Positions 38,507 through 47,506 of a stretch of DNA of 64,000 nt are shown in pieces (position 1 is the first letter of the stretch; every line of letters begins with the position of its first letter). This stretch comes from Sedimentisphaerales bacterium (GTDB lineage Bacteria > Planctomycetota > Phycisphaerae > Sedimentisphaerales > SM23-30). Location: assembly GCA_963666285.1 (NCBI GenBank), contig OY762711.1. One strand, given 5' to 3'. The position numbers and the translations under genes were made by a program. Below the pieces are notes generated by a model. That model was given only the letters and a program-made list of their open reading frames with translations. It was not told where the DNA came from and made no database searches.

Positions 38507-40093
38507 TTACAGGGTACAAACATAAATATCCGGCAGGAAGCTGTGAGAGCTAAGCTCTTTAAGAACAGCATCTGTTGGCGGCTGGTCAAGACTAACGGCA
38601 AGGATAGCATCCTTGGCAACACGCCCAACACCCATAGTACCAATATTGATCTCATTCTGTCCGCAAACAGTACCGACTGCACCGATAACACCTGGACGGT
38701 CTTCATAGAACATAACCATAATAGAACCTTCAGGGGTAATCTCAAGAGCAAAGTCATCGATAGAGATAATCTTTTCGATACCTTTGCCAACAATTGTACC
38801 AGTTACCGAACGCCGCTTGCGGTCTGATGTAGTAACAGTTATTTCAAGAGCACTAGTATAATGTTTAGATTCAGAGCTCTTTGATTCAGCGATCGCAAGG
38901 CCGCCTTTATCAGCAATATTACGAGCATTAACAGCATTAACAGAAGCACCTTCAAACATAGGCTGCAGGATACCGACTAATGCGCCTGTTGTGATACTAC
39001 TGACATCATAGTCCGCCAGTTCGCCGCGACAGGCAACTTCGACTTTTTCGATTTTGCCTTTACTGGTACTGCTGGCAATATTACCAATTTTTTCGCTGAG
39101 AGATTTATACTGCATAACGATCTCAGGCATAGCCTTATCCTGACCAGGGACGTTAACAGCATTTCTCATCTGTGTGCCGCGAATAGCATCTACCAACTCT
39201 TTAGCAGCATCGATAGCAACTTCAACCTGAGCCTCTTCAGTACTGGCACCCAGGTGAGGAGTAACCAAACAATTGTCAAGACCTTCAAAGCCACGATTAT
39301 CTGGCGGCTCTTTTGAAAATACGTCAAGAGCAGCGCCAGCGATAACATTGTCCTTCAAGGCAGCATAGAGGTCATCTTCAACAATAACCGCACCGCGAGC
39401 AACGTTGATCAGTCGAGCAGTAGGCTTCATAAGCTTTAGCATATCAGCATTAACCAAACCACGTGTCTGGTCTGTTACCGGGACATGCAGAGTTACATAA
39501 TCCGCCTTTTTGAATACATCCTTAACATTTTCGATATATTCAACACCATCTTTAGAAACAGCCTCAGCTGAAGCCATTGGGTCGAAACCAATGACTTTCA
39601 TCTTCATTCCAAGAGCACGACGAGCGACAGCCATACCAATACGTCCAAGACCTACTACACCAAGTGTCTTGCCCATAAGCTGTGTACCCATAAATTTCTT
39701 ACGGTCCCAGGCACCGGCTTTCATGGTATTATTTCCACCAACAACATGGCGAGAAAGAGCCATCATAAGTGCGATAGTATGTTCTGCAGCACTAATAGTA
39801 TTACCATCCGGGGTATTCATAACTACGATACCCTTTTCAGTGGCCACCTTAACATCAACATTATCAACCCCAACACCGGCACGAGCAACAGCTTTGAGCT
39901 TGCCTGGATTTTCAAGCACTTTAGAGGTTACCTGAGTACCCGAGCGAATAATTAAACCATCATATTCGCCAATTATTTTAGCAAGTTCATCTTCAGATAA
40001 ACCTGTATTAACTTCTACTTCCATATCATCCTGGCTGACGATATAGTCCAGGCCTTCTTGAGCCAGCTTGTCAGTAACGATTACCTTATACAC
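38507..40093 (-). CDS. serA: D-3-phosphoglycerate dehydrogenase
   Basis: RAGVGVDNVD, GLGRIG, TPHLGAST.EAQ, ASB and ACT domains. Likely GTG start at 40093 with GGAGG RBS (track start 40249). Confidence 0.95.
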   Translation of the reverse strand: MYKVIVTDKLAQEGLDYIVSQDDMEVEVNTGLSEDELAKIIGEYDGLIIRSGTQVTSKVLENPGKLKAVARAGVGVDNVDVKVATEKGIVVMNTPDGNTISAAEHTIALMMALSRHVVGGNNTMKAGAWDRKKFMGTQLMGKTLGVVGLGRIGMAVARRALGMKMKVIGFDPMASAEAVSKDGVEYIENVKDVFKKADYVTLHVPVTDQTRGLVNADMLKLMKPTARLINVARGAVIVEDDLYAALKDNVIAGAALDVFSKEPPDNRGFEGLDNCLVTPHLGASTEEAQVEVAIDAAKELVDAIRGTQMRNAVNVPGQDKAMPEIVMQYKSLSEKIGNIASSTSKGKIEKVEVACRGELADYDVSSITTGALVGILQPMFEGASVNAVNARNIADKGGLAIAESKSSESKHYTSALEITVTTSDRKRRSVTGTIVGKGIEKIISIDDFALEITPEGSIMVMFYEDRPGVIGAVGTVCGQNEINIGTMGVGRVAKDAILAVSLDQPPTDAVLKELSSHSFLPDIYVCTL

Positions 40094-40607
40094 CAGCAAC
40101 CTCCATTCTGTAAAATGGTTATTTAATACCCGCCCAAAAGGTTCGGCAATGCCGGCAAATAACGCATTTGCCAATTCAAAAATACCGTCCTTTGAACAAC
40201 TTTTAAGTTCCTTGTCTTTAACTATATTAAATTTTAGCTCAAAGAACAATTTAAATCAAGCTTATTTGATATTTATTTATCTATTAAATAGATACTTTTG
40301 TATCAATATGGGATATTTCCTAGCAACTGACTGAATAATAAATACCATATGTGCATATATATAATGCATTTATGAACTTCATTTTAATTGATAAATATTT
40401 CGTAATTAAATCCATTTTTTATAAAAAAATTCGTAATTTTAAGCCATTTATAATAATTAAATTATATATGACCGGGAACTATTGCAATCAAATAATAATT
40501 CAAGAAAATGGCGTTGAAAGACCGATAATTAAATGTTATTATCAAAGGCATAAAACACATGTGTTCTTTAATATTATGACAGTTATTTGCTGAAAAGGAT
40601 TTAAGCA

Positions 40608-41645
40608 ATGTCAGATGTACTAGACCAGGATGAGGTAGATGCCCTACTAAATGCTGTAGCAGGCGGCCAGATAGAAGGCAGCGAAGATGATTTAGGTGAT
40701 TCAGATTCGATGATGGCAGCCGAATCAGGCGGTGAGGTTGCCTATGTCCAAAAAAACATCAAAAGTTACGATTTCAAAAGACCTGAAAGGGTAAGTAAAG
40801 ACCAGATTCTGGCTCTCGAAGGACTACATGAGCGATTTGCGCGTAATTTTGGTGCTCTACTCAGCGGGTATTTAAGAACAATTGTTGAATGTAAAATAAG
40901 ATCTGTAGAACAATTAACGTATGCAGAGTTTACATATTCGCTACCGACTCCAACCAGTTTTTCTCTTTTAGACGCTATCCCACTTGACGGTCAAATATGT
41001 CTGGAAATAAGTCCGCTTATAATCTTTCCTATTATTGACAGGATGCTGGGAGGTGGTAATGCAGATATGTATGTACCCCAAAGGGCGATGACACAAATTG
41101 AACAGAGGCTGGCTAACAGAATCCTTGACAGGGCTTTAGATGCATTAAAAGAAGCGTGGAATAATGTAACAGAAATAGAGTTTAATGTCGTTCAAAACGA
41201 GTCAAACCCCCAGCTTATTCAGATTGTAGCTCCCAATGAAGTTGTAGTAGTAATAGGATTTGAAGTTAAGATGGGTGATAAGTCAGGTTCAATGAGCCTG
41301 TGTTTTCCGTTCAATGTAATTGAACCTATAATGAGCAGATTGACCAGCCAGGACTGGTTCAGCTATAAGAAGAAAGTCGATAAAGAAGGTTTCCGCGATA
41401 GTATGATTGAGAACCTTGAAAGAGCTAAACTTCATTCACGCGTATACCTTGGTAACACAAAGATTAGAGTAAGTGACCTGCTGAACCTCGAAAACGGTGA
41501 CCTGCTGAAATTAACTAAACCGTCAAATTCTGACCTTGTTATGCAAATAGAAGGTAAAAGTAAATTTGCTGGCAAAATCGGCCAGTTCAAAGGCCATCGC
41601 GCATTTAAGGTAACACGTAAATGTTTTGCCGGAGAAAGAGTATAA
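40608..41645 (+). CDS. fliM: Flagellar motor switch protein FliM
   Basis: LDQDEVDALL, YDFKRPERVSKDQ, IDRMLGG, ESNPQ and C-terminal SpoA domain. Confidence 0.95.
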   Translation: MSDVLDQDEVDALLNAVAGGQIEGSEDDLGDSDSMMAAESGGEVAYVQKNIKSYDFKRPERVSKDQILALEGLHERFARNFGALLSGYLRTIVECKIRSVEQLTYAEFTYSLPTPTSFSLLDAIPLDGQICLEISPLIIFPIIDRMLGGGNADMYVPQRAMTQIEQRLANRILDRALDALKEAWNNVTEIEFNVVQNESNPQLIQIVAPNEVVVVIGFEVKMGDKSGSMSLCFPFNVIEPIMSRLTSQDWFSYKKKVDKEGFRDSMIENLERAKLHSRVYLGNTKIRVSDLLNLENGDLLKLTKPSNSDLVMQIEGKSKFAGKIGQFKGHRAFKVTRKCFAGERV

Positions 41646-41745
41646 TATATTATAATATGATTACTATCAGGATCTTTATAAGTTTAATCGAGACCTGATT
41701 TATATAAATCGAAGGGTAATAATTGCCCTCCATTTCCTATGTCTT

Positions 41746-43089
41746 ATGGATTTATTCAGCGAAAGTGAAGAGAAAAATATCAGCGCAGCCAGACCCCTGG
41801 CAGTACGAATGCGACCGGAAGCGATCGAAGACGTTGTCGGCCAGAGTCATTTTCTCGCACCAGGTAAGCTGATGTGGAGAATGCTTCATGCCGACAGGCT
41901 GACCAGTCTAATATTTTATGGACCGCCAGGAACCGGTAAGACCACTTTAGCCCATGTAATAGCAAATCACACCAAGGCAGAATTTATTGCAAAAAACGCG
42001 ATATCTGCCACAGTTGAAGATATTCGAAAAGTATGTAAAGAAGCACATGACAGGTTAGCAGCAGAAGGCAAACGTACCGTTTTACTTCTAGATGAAATCC
42101 ACAGATTCAATCGAGCCAGGCAAGATGTTTTGCTTGCCGATGTTGAGAGCGGTACGATAATTCTTATTGGCGCGACAACTGAAAATCCGTTTTTTTCGGT
42201 AAATTCTGCCCTGGTAAGCAGAAGTACCCTATTCGAATTTGAGCCAATAAATGAGAATGATATTAAAGAATTGCTCCGGCGTGCCTTATCAGATACCAAT
42301 CGCGGTCTTGGAAAATATAACGCAACAATTTCTGATGAAGCCCTGTCATTTTTGGCTGTAAGATGTGATGGTGATGCCAGGAAGGCTTTAACCGCCCTGG
42401 AAGTAGCAGTAGTCAGCCAGCGTGCATTTGATCCGGATAAGGCAATTGAAATAAGCGAAGAAATGGCAGCAGAGTCTATCCAGAGAAAGTCTCTGGTTTC
42501 AGATAAGAGCGGAGACACACATTACGATCTGGCCAGCGCCCTGCAAAAGTCAATGAGAGGAAGTGATCCAGACGCAACAGTTTACTGGCTAGCCAGGCTT
42601 ATTGTCGGAGGAGAAGATCCCAGGTTTATCGCGCGTCGAATATGCATATGTGCCGCTGAAGATGTCGGAAATGCAGACCCAACTGCAACAATCTTAGCGT
42701 CAGCAGCCGCTCAAATAGCAGAATTTACAGGCTTTCCCGAAGCTCAACTGCCATTGGCCCAGGCTGCGATATACGTTGCCTGTGCTCCTAAAAGCAATGC
42801 AGTTACAAATGCTGTAATGTCAGCCAAAAGTGATATCGAAAACGGCAGAACAGCACAGGTTCCCGCTCATCTGAAAGATGCTCATTACTCCGGAGCCAAA
42901 AAACTTGGCAGAGGTGAAGGCTACAAATATCCTCACGCTTATCCGGGAGGATACGTAGTTCAGGATTATATGCCGGAAGAGTATAAAAAGAAATACTATG
43001 AACCGAAGAAGCAAGGAAGAGAAATACGAATCGGCGAATACCTGGCACAACTAGATGAATTTATTAAGAATGTAAAAAAAGGCAGCTGA
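41746..43089 (+). CDS. rarA: Replication-associated recombination protein A (RarA/MgsA)
   Basis: PLAVRMRP, GPPGTGKTT, DEIHRFN, GATTENP, SALQKSMRGSDPDA. Confidence 0.95.
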   Translation: MDLFSESEEKNISAARPLAVRMRPEAIEDVVGQSHFLAPGKLMWRMLHADRLTSLIFYGPPGTGKTTLAHVIANHTKAEFIAKNAISATVEDIRKVCKEAHDRLAAEGKRTVLLLDEIHRFNRARQDVLLADVESGTIILIGATTENPFFSVNSALVSRSTLFEFEPINENDIKELLRRALSDTNRGLGKYNATISDEALSFLAVRCDGDARKALTALEVAVVSQRAFDPDKAIEISEEMAAESIQRKSLVSDKSGDTHYDLASALQKSMRGSDPDATVYWLARLIVGGEDPRFIARRICICAAEDVGNADPTATILASAAAQIAEFTGFPEAQLPLAQAAIYVACAPKSNAVTNAVMSAKSDIENGRTAQVPAHLKDAHYSGAKKLGRGEGYKYPHAYPGGYVVQDYMPEEYKKKYYEPKKQGREIRIGEYLAQLDEFIKNVKKGS

Positions 43090-43137
43090 ATTTAATAACT
43101 CAGCCGCCTTGATTATAACAACATATCTATATCGATC

Positions 43138-45138
43138 TTATTTGCCTGAAACTTCCCTGGCAGCTGCAACAACAGCCTCAACAGTAATGCCAAAGAATTC
43201 AAAACACTTGGCATACGGGCCAGAAGTTCCAAATGAATTCATACCAATAAACTTACCGTCAAGACCAATATATTTAAACCAGCCGCTATCGACACCAGCT
43301 TCAACACCAACACGTGCCCTTACAGCAGGCGGAAGCACTGAATCTTTATATGACTGGTCCTGTTTCTCGAAAAGTTCCCAGCTAGGCATAGAAACAACCT
43401 GGGCTGCAATATTTTCTTCTGCCAGCTTAGCAGCAGCATCCAGTGCCATACTAACCTCTGAGCCAGTAGCCAAAAGAAGCACATCAGGTTTATCCTGCTT
43501 AAGCACAATGTAAGCACCCTTCTTAACGCCTTCAACACCATCAGTTTTGGCAACTTCCATAGTCGGCAGATTCTGACGTGTCAAACAAAGAGCAACCGGC
43601 CCTTCAGCATTATTAAGAGCGTACTGCCATGCGTACGCAGTTTCATATGCATCAGCCGGCCTGAAGACTGTCATGCCAGGCATGGAACGCATAGAAGCTA
43701 TCTGCTCAACAGGCTGATGAGTTGGGCCATCTTCGCCAACACCAATGCTGTCATGTGTATAAACATATGTAACAGGGTGTTTAGATATAGCAGCAACCCG
43801 CATAGCCCCACGAAGATAATCGCTGAATACCAGGAATGTACCGCCATAAACCTTCAGAATCTTAGAAGCTGCGATACCATTCATGATAGCACCCATGGCA
43901 TGTTCACGAACACCAAATCTCAGATAACGACCATCCGGAGAGTCCTTCTGGAAATCTGACATGCCCGGCCAATTAGTAAGATTAGAAGCTGTCAGGTCAG
44001 CACTACCGCCAAGAATAAGCTCTGTCTTTGGCATGAACTCGCCAATAGTCATCTGGGAAGATTTACGCGTAGCAACCGAGCCACCTGCTTCAAATTCAGG
44101 TACAATATCATTAACATCAAAATCGAGCTTGCCGGCAAGAGCATCTTCAAGAAGCTTAGCTTCCTTAGGGAAATCTTTTTTGTATGCATCAAATAGAGCC
44201 TGCCATTGAGATTCCAGCTCAGAACCTTTATCGCAACAGTTCATCTGGGCATAAGCTTCATCCGGCACATAAAAACTCTTTTCAGTATCCCAACCAAGAT
44301 TCTGTTTTGTCAACTTGAGCTCTTCTTCACCCAGCGGCGCTCCATGAACCTTTTCAGTTCCAGCCATATTTGGACTGCCGAAACCAATAGTTGTTTTAAT
44401 TTTGACCAGAGACGGTTTAGATGTTTCAGCTTTAGCCTGCTCAATAGCCTTCTGAATAGCTTCGGTATCATTGCCATCGGGCAATTCGATTACCTGCCAA
44501 TCTAAAGCTTCAAAACGCTTAACAACATCTTCTGTAAACGATACGGATGTGTCACCATCAATTGTAATGCTGTTATCATCGTATAGAACAATAAGTTTGC
44601 CCAGACCAAGATGCCCGGCCAGAGATGCTGCCTCATGAGAAACACCTTCCTGTAAACAGCCGTCACCACAAATAGCGAAAATATTGTAATCAAAAATATC
44701 AAAACCGGGCTTGTTGAATTTAGCAGCCAGATATTTTTCGGCAATTGCCATACCAACACCATTTGCAATTCCCTGACCTAAAGGACCGGTAGTTACTTCT
44801 ATACCAGGAGTAGAATGACCGAATTCCGGGTGACCGGGAGTTTTGCTGCCTATCTGGCGGAAGTTCTGTAAATCTTCAATGCTAAGATCGTAACCGGTCA
44901 GATGCAGCAATGAGTAAATAAGCATACTGCCGTGGCCGGCCGATAAAATGAATCGGTCTCTATTTAGCCAATCAGGGTTTTTAGGGTTATGTCTTTGGAT
45001 TTTTGTCCAAAGAGTATATGCAGTGGCCGCCATACCCATCGGCATGCCAGGATGACCACTTTTTGCCTTTTGCACACCTTCAGCAGAAAGGATGCGTATA
45101 GCGTTGATACATTGTTGTTCTACAGCCTTATCAGCCAT
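43138..45138 (-). CDS. tkt: Transketolase
   Basis: SGHPG, RDRFILSAGH, GDGCLQEG, THDSIGVGEDGPTHQP. Confidence 0.97.
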   Translation of the reverse strand: MADKAVEQQCINAIRILSAEGVQKAKSGHPGMPMGMAATAYTLWTKIQRHNPKNPDWLNRDRFILSAGHGSMLIYSLLHLTGYDLSIEDLQNFRQIGSKTPGHPEFGHSTPGIEVTTGPLGQGIANGVGMAIAEKYLAAKFNKPGFDIFDYNIFAICGDGCLQEGVSHEAASLAGHLGLGKLIVLYDDNSITIDGDTSVSFTEDVVKRFEALDWQVIELPDGNDTEAIQKAIEQAKAETSKPSLVKIKTTIGFGSPNMAGTEKVHGAPLGEEELKLTKQNLGWDTEKSFYVPDEAYAQMNCCDKGSELESQWQALFDAYKKDFPKEAKLLEDALAGKLDFDVNDIVPEFEAGGSVATRKSSQMTIGEFMPKTELILGGSADLTASNLTNWPGMSDFQKDSPDGRYLRFGVREHAMGAIMNGIAASKILKVYGGTFLVFSDYLRGAMRVAAISKHPVTYVYTHDSIGVGEDGPTHQPVEQIASMRSMPGMTVFRPADAYETAYAWQYALNNAEGPVALCLTRQNLPTMEVAKTDGVEGVKKGAYIVLKQDKPDVLLLATGSEVSMALDAAAKLAEENIAAQVVSMPSWELFEKQDQSYKDSVLPPAVRARVGVEAGVDSGWFKYIGLDGKFIGMNSFGTSGPYAKCFEFFGITVEAVVAAAREVSGK

Positions 45139-45349
45139 TTTGATACTCCTCTATGTTTCAATAATTACTATGTTCAGCCGACATCTGACAGCTTACAATT
45201 AAAAACCTATTCACATTAGACAATTCAACAAGAAGTTGTCAAATGAAATATAATACAGACATTTGCCCTTCAAATCAAGCGTTAAACTGATTGTTTGCGT
45301 ACCATTTTGCGCAAACCAATAACCAATTAACGCCAACTGATCATAATTA

Positions 45350-46140
45350 GAGCTTGTCCGCAAATTATGATTTTTGAATAGATAGTATTTTCGGCATGGT
45401 TTCCGGTGGTATTTTTGGCTGTAATTACACAGGCAATGTATTTTGCTGGTGCACTTGACAGATTTGTCGGTTTCAGCGCGCAGTATTTCTATGGAATTAT
45501 CAAATAGAATCCAGATTTAAGCCACTTTTCCCCGTTCTTTTTCCTGGGCAAGTTTTATTCTGGCCAGAACCCAGAGATTATGAGACAAGATACTTAATCC
45601 CATGTGGACTTCACGGTTATCAAAACCCTTCTGTTTCATAGGCGAACCACAAAAACAATTACTCAAAATACTGATTCTTGCTTCTGTCTGACTGCGTCTT
45701 ATTTGAGCCTGCCTGAAAGCATCTTCCTGAAGCCTTTCTGCCAGCAATGCCGGATCACATGGACAAACCGCATTGAATATGTCATTTTTCTTCATGTATT
45801 GGCGATTCTTTGCACTATCAAAACCACGGTCACCTGCCAGCAGATTGACTTTACAGCCAAGCTTATCCTTAATACGTTTATGACCAGACTCAAGCATTGT
45901 TTTATCGGCAGGTGTCTGATCGCGATAATACTTCCAGGCGACGATCAAACCGTCAGGTTGTTCTGCTAGATACAGCTTATTGCCAAACTCAGTCTCAGCT
46001 CCGGCTTTGCGGCGAACTATCACATTGACATCAGGTTCGTATATACTCAATATCTTATCTTTATTGTCAACCCTGCGGTTTCCGATTATGCGTTCATGAG
46101 CTTGTTTTACTGCATCAGCAAGTTTACTTATAACTCCGGT
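45350..46140 (-). mobile_element. Truncated IS5-like element (3' half of DDE transposase plus putative terminal IR)
   Basis: KILSIYEPDVNVIVRRKAGAETEFGNK, GDRGF and RSQTEARI motifs in ORF 45517-46248; putative IR GAGCTTGTCCGCAAAT at 45350. Confidence 0.75.
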
Positions 46141-46209
46141 AATATAACCATAGACAATGCCATTTGAATTTTGGCGAGTACAATAAGAAGGAAGTTTGAA
46201 AGTTGACAT
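46140..46209 (-). pseudogene. Possible N-terminal remnant of a tRNA-linked integrase fused to the transposase
   Basis: MSTFKLPSYCTRQNSNGIVYGYIT starts about 120 bp downstream of tRNA-Val and does not resemble IS5 transposase. Confidence 0.35.
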
Positions 46210-46326
46210 TTCGCAGCCCTTTCTAAGTAATTTGTATGCACTGTGCATACATTTTCATACTTATAACTGCTATGCCAACCGCTGACAGTTAACTATAACT
46301 CTTTGTTTCAGCTGGAGTTAAAAAAA

Positions 46327-46400
46327 TGGGCGGTATTGGACTTGAACCAACGACCTTCTGGATGTCGACCAGATGCTCTAGCCAACTGAGCTAACCGCCC
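46327..46400 (-). tRNA. tRNA-Val(GAC)
   Basis: GGGCGGTTAGCTCAGTTGGCTAGAGCATCTGGTC-GAC-ATCCAGAAGGTCGTTGGTTCAAGTCCAATACCGCCCA; cloverleaf; CCA not encoded. Confidence 0.96.
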
Positions 46401-46575
46401 CAATAGTCGAAGATGTTAAATAATAACGATTTTAACGAAAATCTCAAGGATAAATTACAAAAAATATAACTATAAATATCTGCCCTGTTTATACCTAAAT
46501 CTTAGCTTTACCTCGGCTTTGCGCAAAAACACTCTAAATATCAGCTATTACAGGATTTAATAACGTGCTGATGCC

Positions 46576-46605
46576 TTGATTATCAAGGGATTTTTAGTGT
46601 ATAAT
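46576..46605 (+). promoter_or_regulatory. Sigma70-like promoter of the activase/glycyl radical enzyme operon
   Basis: TTGATT-N18-TATAAT, 6 nt before ATG 46612. Confidence 0.5.
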
Positions 46606-46611
46606 CGTGGG

Positions 46612-47478
46612 ATGGATATAGAAAGTATAGAAAATGTCTGCGCCTGCAGTAAAGAAAATGTCATTACAGGCACCATCTTTGACATTAAAAGATTTGCAAT
46701 AAACGATGGCCCCGGCATACGAACCACCGTATTCCTGAAAGGATGCCCGCTCAGATGTCAATGGTGCCATAACCCGGAAAGCATCAGCCGAAAACCTCAA
46801 CTGACTTTCCGTTCAGGTTTTTGTATTCAATGCGGCACTTGCATCGATTCTTGCCCAAACAATGCAATAAAAATGGAAAATTCTGATAAAAAGATATCGA
46901 TCATATCTGAATTATGCACTGATGATGGAATATGTACACAAGCTTGCCCAACTGATGCACTAACCCTGACAGGAAGAATTGTGACATCTGATTATATTTT
47001 ATCAGAAGTTATTAAAGACTCTGTGTTTTATGAGCAATCAAACGGCGGGGTTACCTTTTCCGGAGGAGAGCCGCTAGCCCAGGCTGATTTTCTATGTGCA
47101 TGCCTGAATTTATGTAAAACTAATAATTTACATTGCACAATTGATACTTCTTGCTATGCAAAATCCGACACAATAAAACGTGTCGCTCAATATGCCGACT
47201 TGTTTTTATGTGATATAAAGCATATGGACCCAGATATCCATAAAAAATATACCGGTGTGGATAATAGTCGTATATTAGAAAATATTACTTTGCTTTCAAG
47301 ACTTGGAAAGCAAATTATTATTAGAGTACCTTTAATACCAGGTATAAATGACTACCTGGAAAATCTTGAAGAAACTCAGGCATTTGCTGATAAACTTGAC
47401 AACGTAATTAAAATCGACCATTTGCCGTATAATTCAGGTGGTAAAGAAAAAAAGAAAATCCTGATCAGTATGGCATAA
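46612..47478 (+). CDS. Glycyl-radical enzyme activating protein
   Basis: DGPGIRTTVFLKGCPLRCQWCHNPES, ferredoxin-like insertion, GGVTFSGGEP. Start taken at ATG 46612 (track uses TTG 46576). Confidence 0.93.
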   Translation: MDIESIENVCACSKENVITGTIFDIKRFAINDGPGIRTTVFLKGCPLRCQWCHNPESISRKPQLTFRSGFCIQCGTCIDSCPNNAIKMENSDKKISIISELCTDDGICTQACPTDALTLTGRIVTSDYILSEVIKDSVFYEQSNGGVTFSGGEPLAQADFLCACLNLCKTNNLHCTIDTSCYAKSDTIKRVAQYADLFLCDIKHMDPDIHKKYTGVDNSRILENITLLSRLGKQIIIRVPLIPGINDYLENLEETQAFADKLDNVIKIDHLPYNSGGKEKKKILISMA

Positions 47479-47506
47479 TTTCATAATTGTTTTTTGCTGG
47501 AGTTAA

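Noticed and set aside
40094..40249. N-terminal extension of SerA, or a riboswitch in the serA leader
   Set aside because: A GGAGG RBS supports GTG 40093. A small hairpin (ggcaaat/atttgcc) exists but no known riboswitch consensus was recognised.
40608..41645. Orphan fliM as a novelty
   Set aside because: Dispersed flagellar genes are common and the protein looks canonical.
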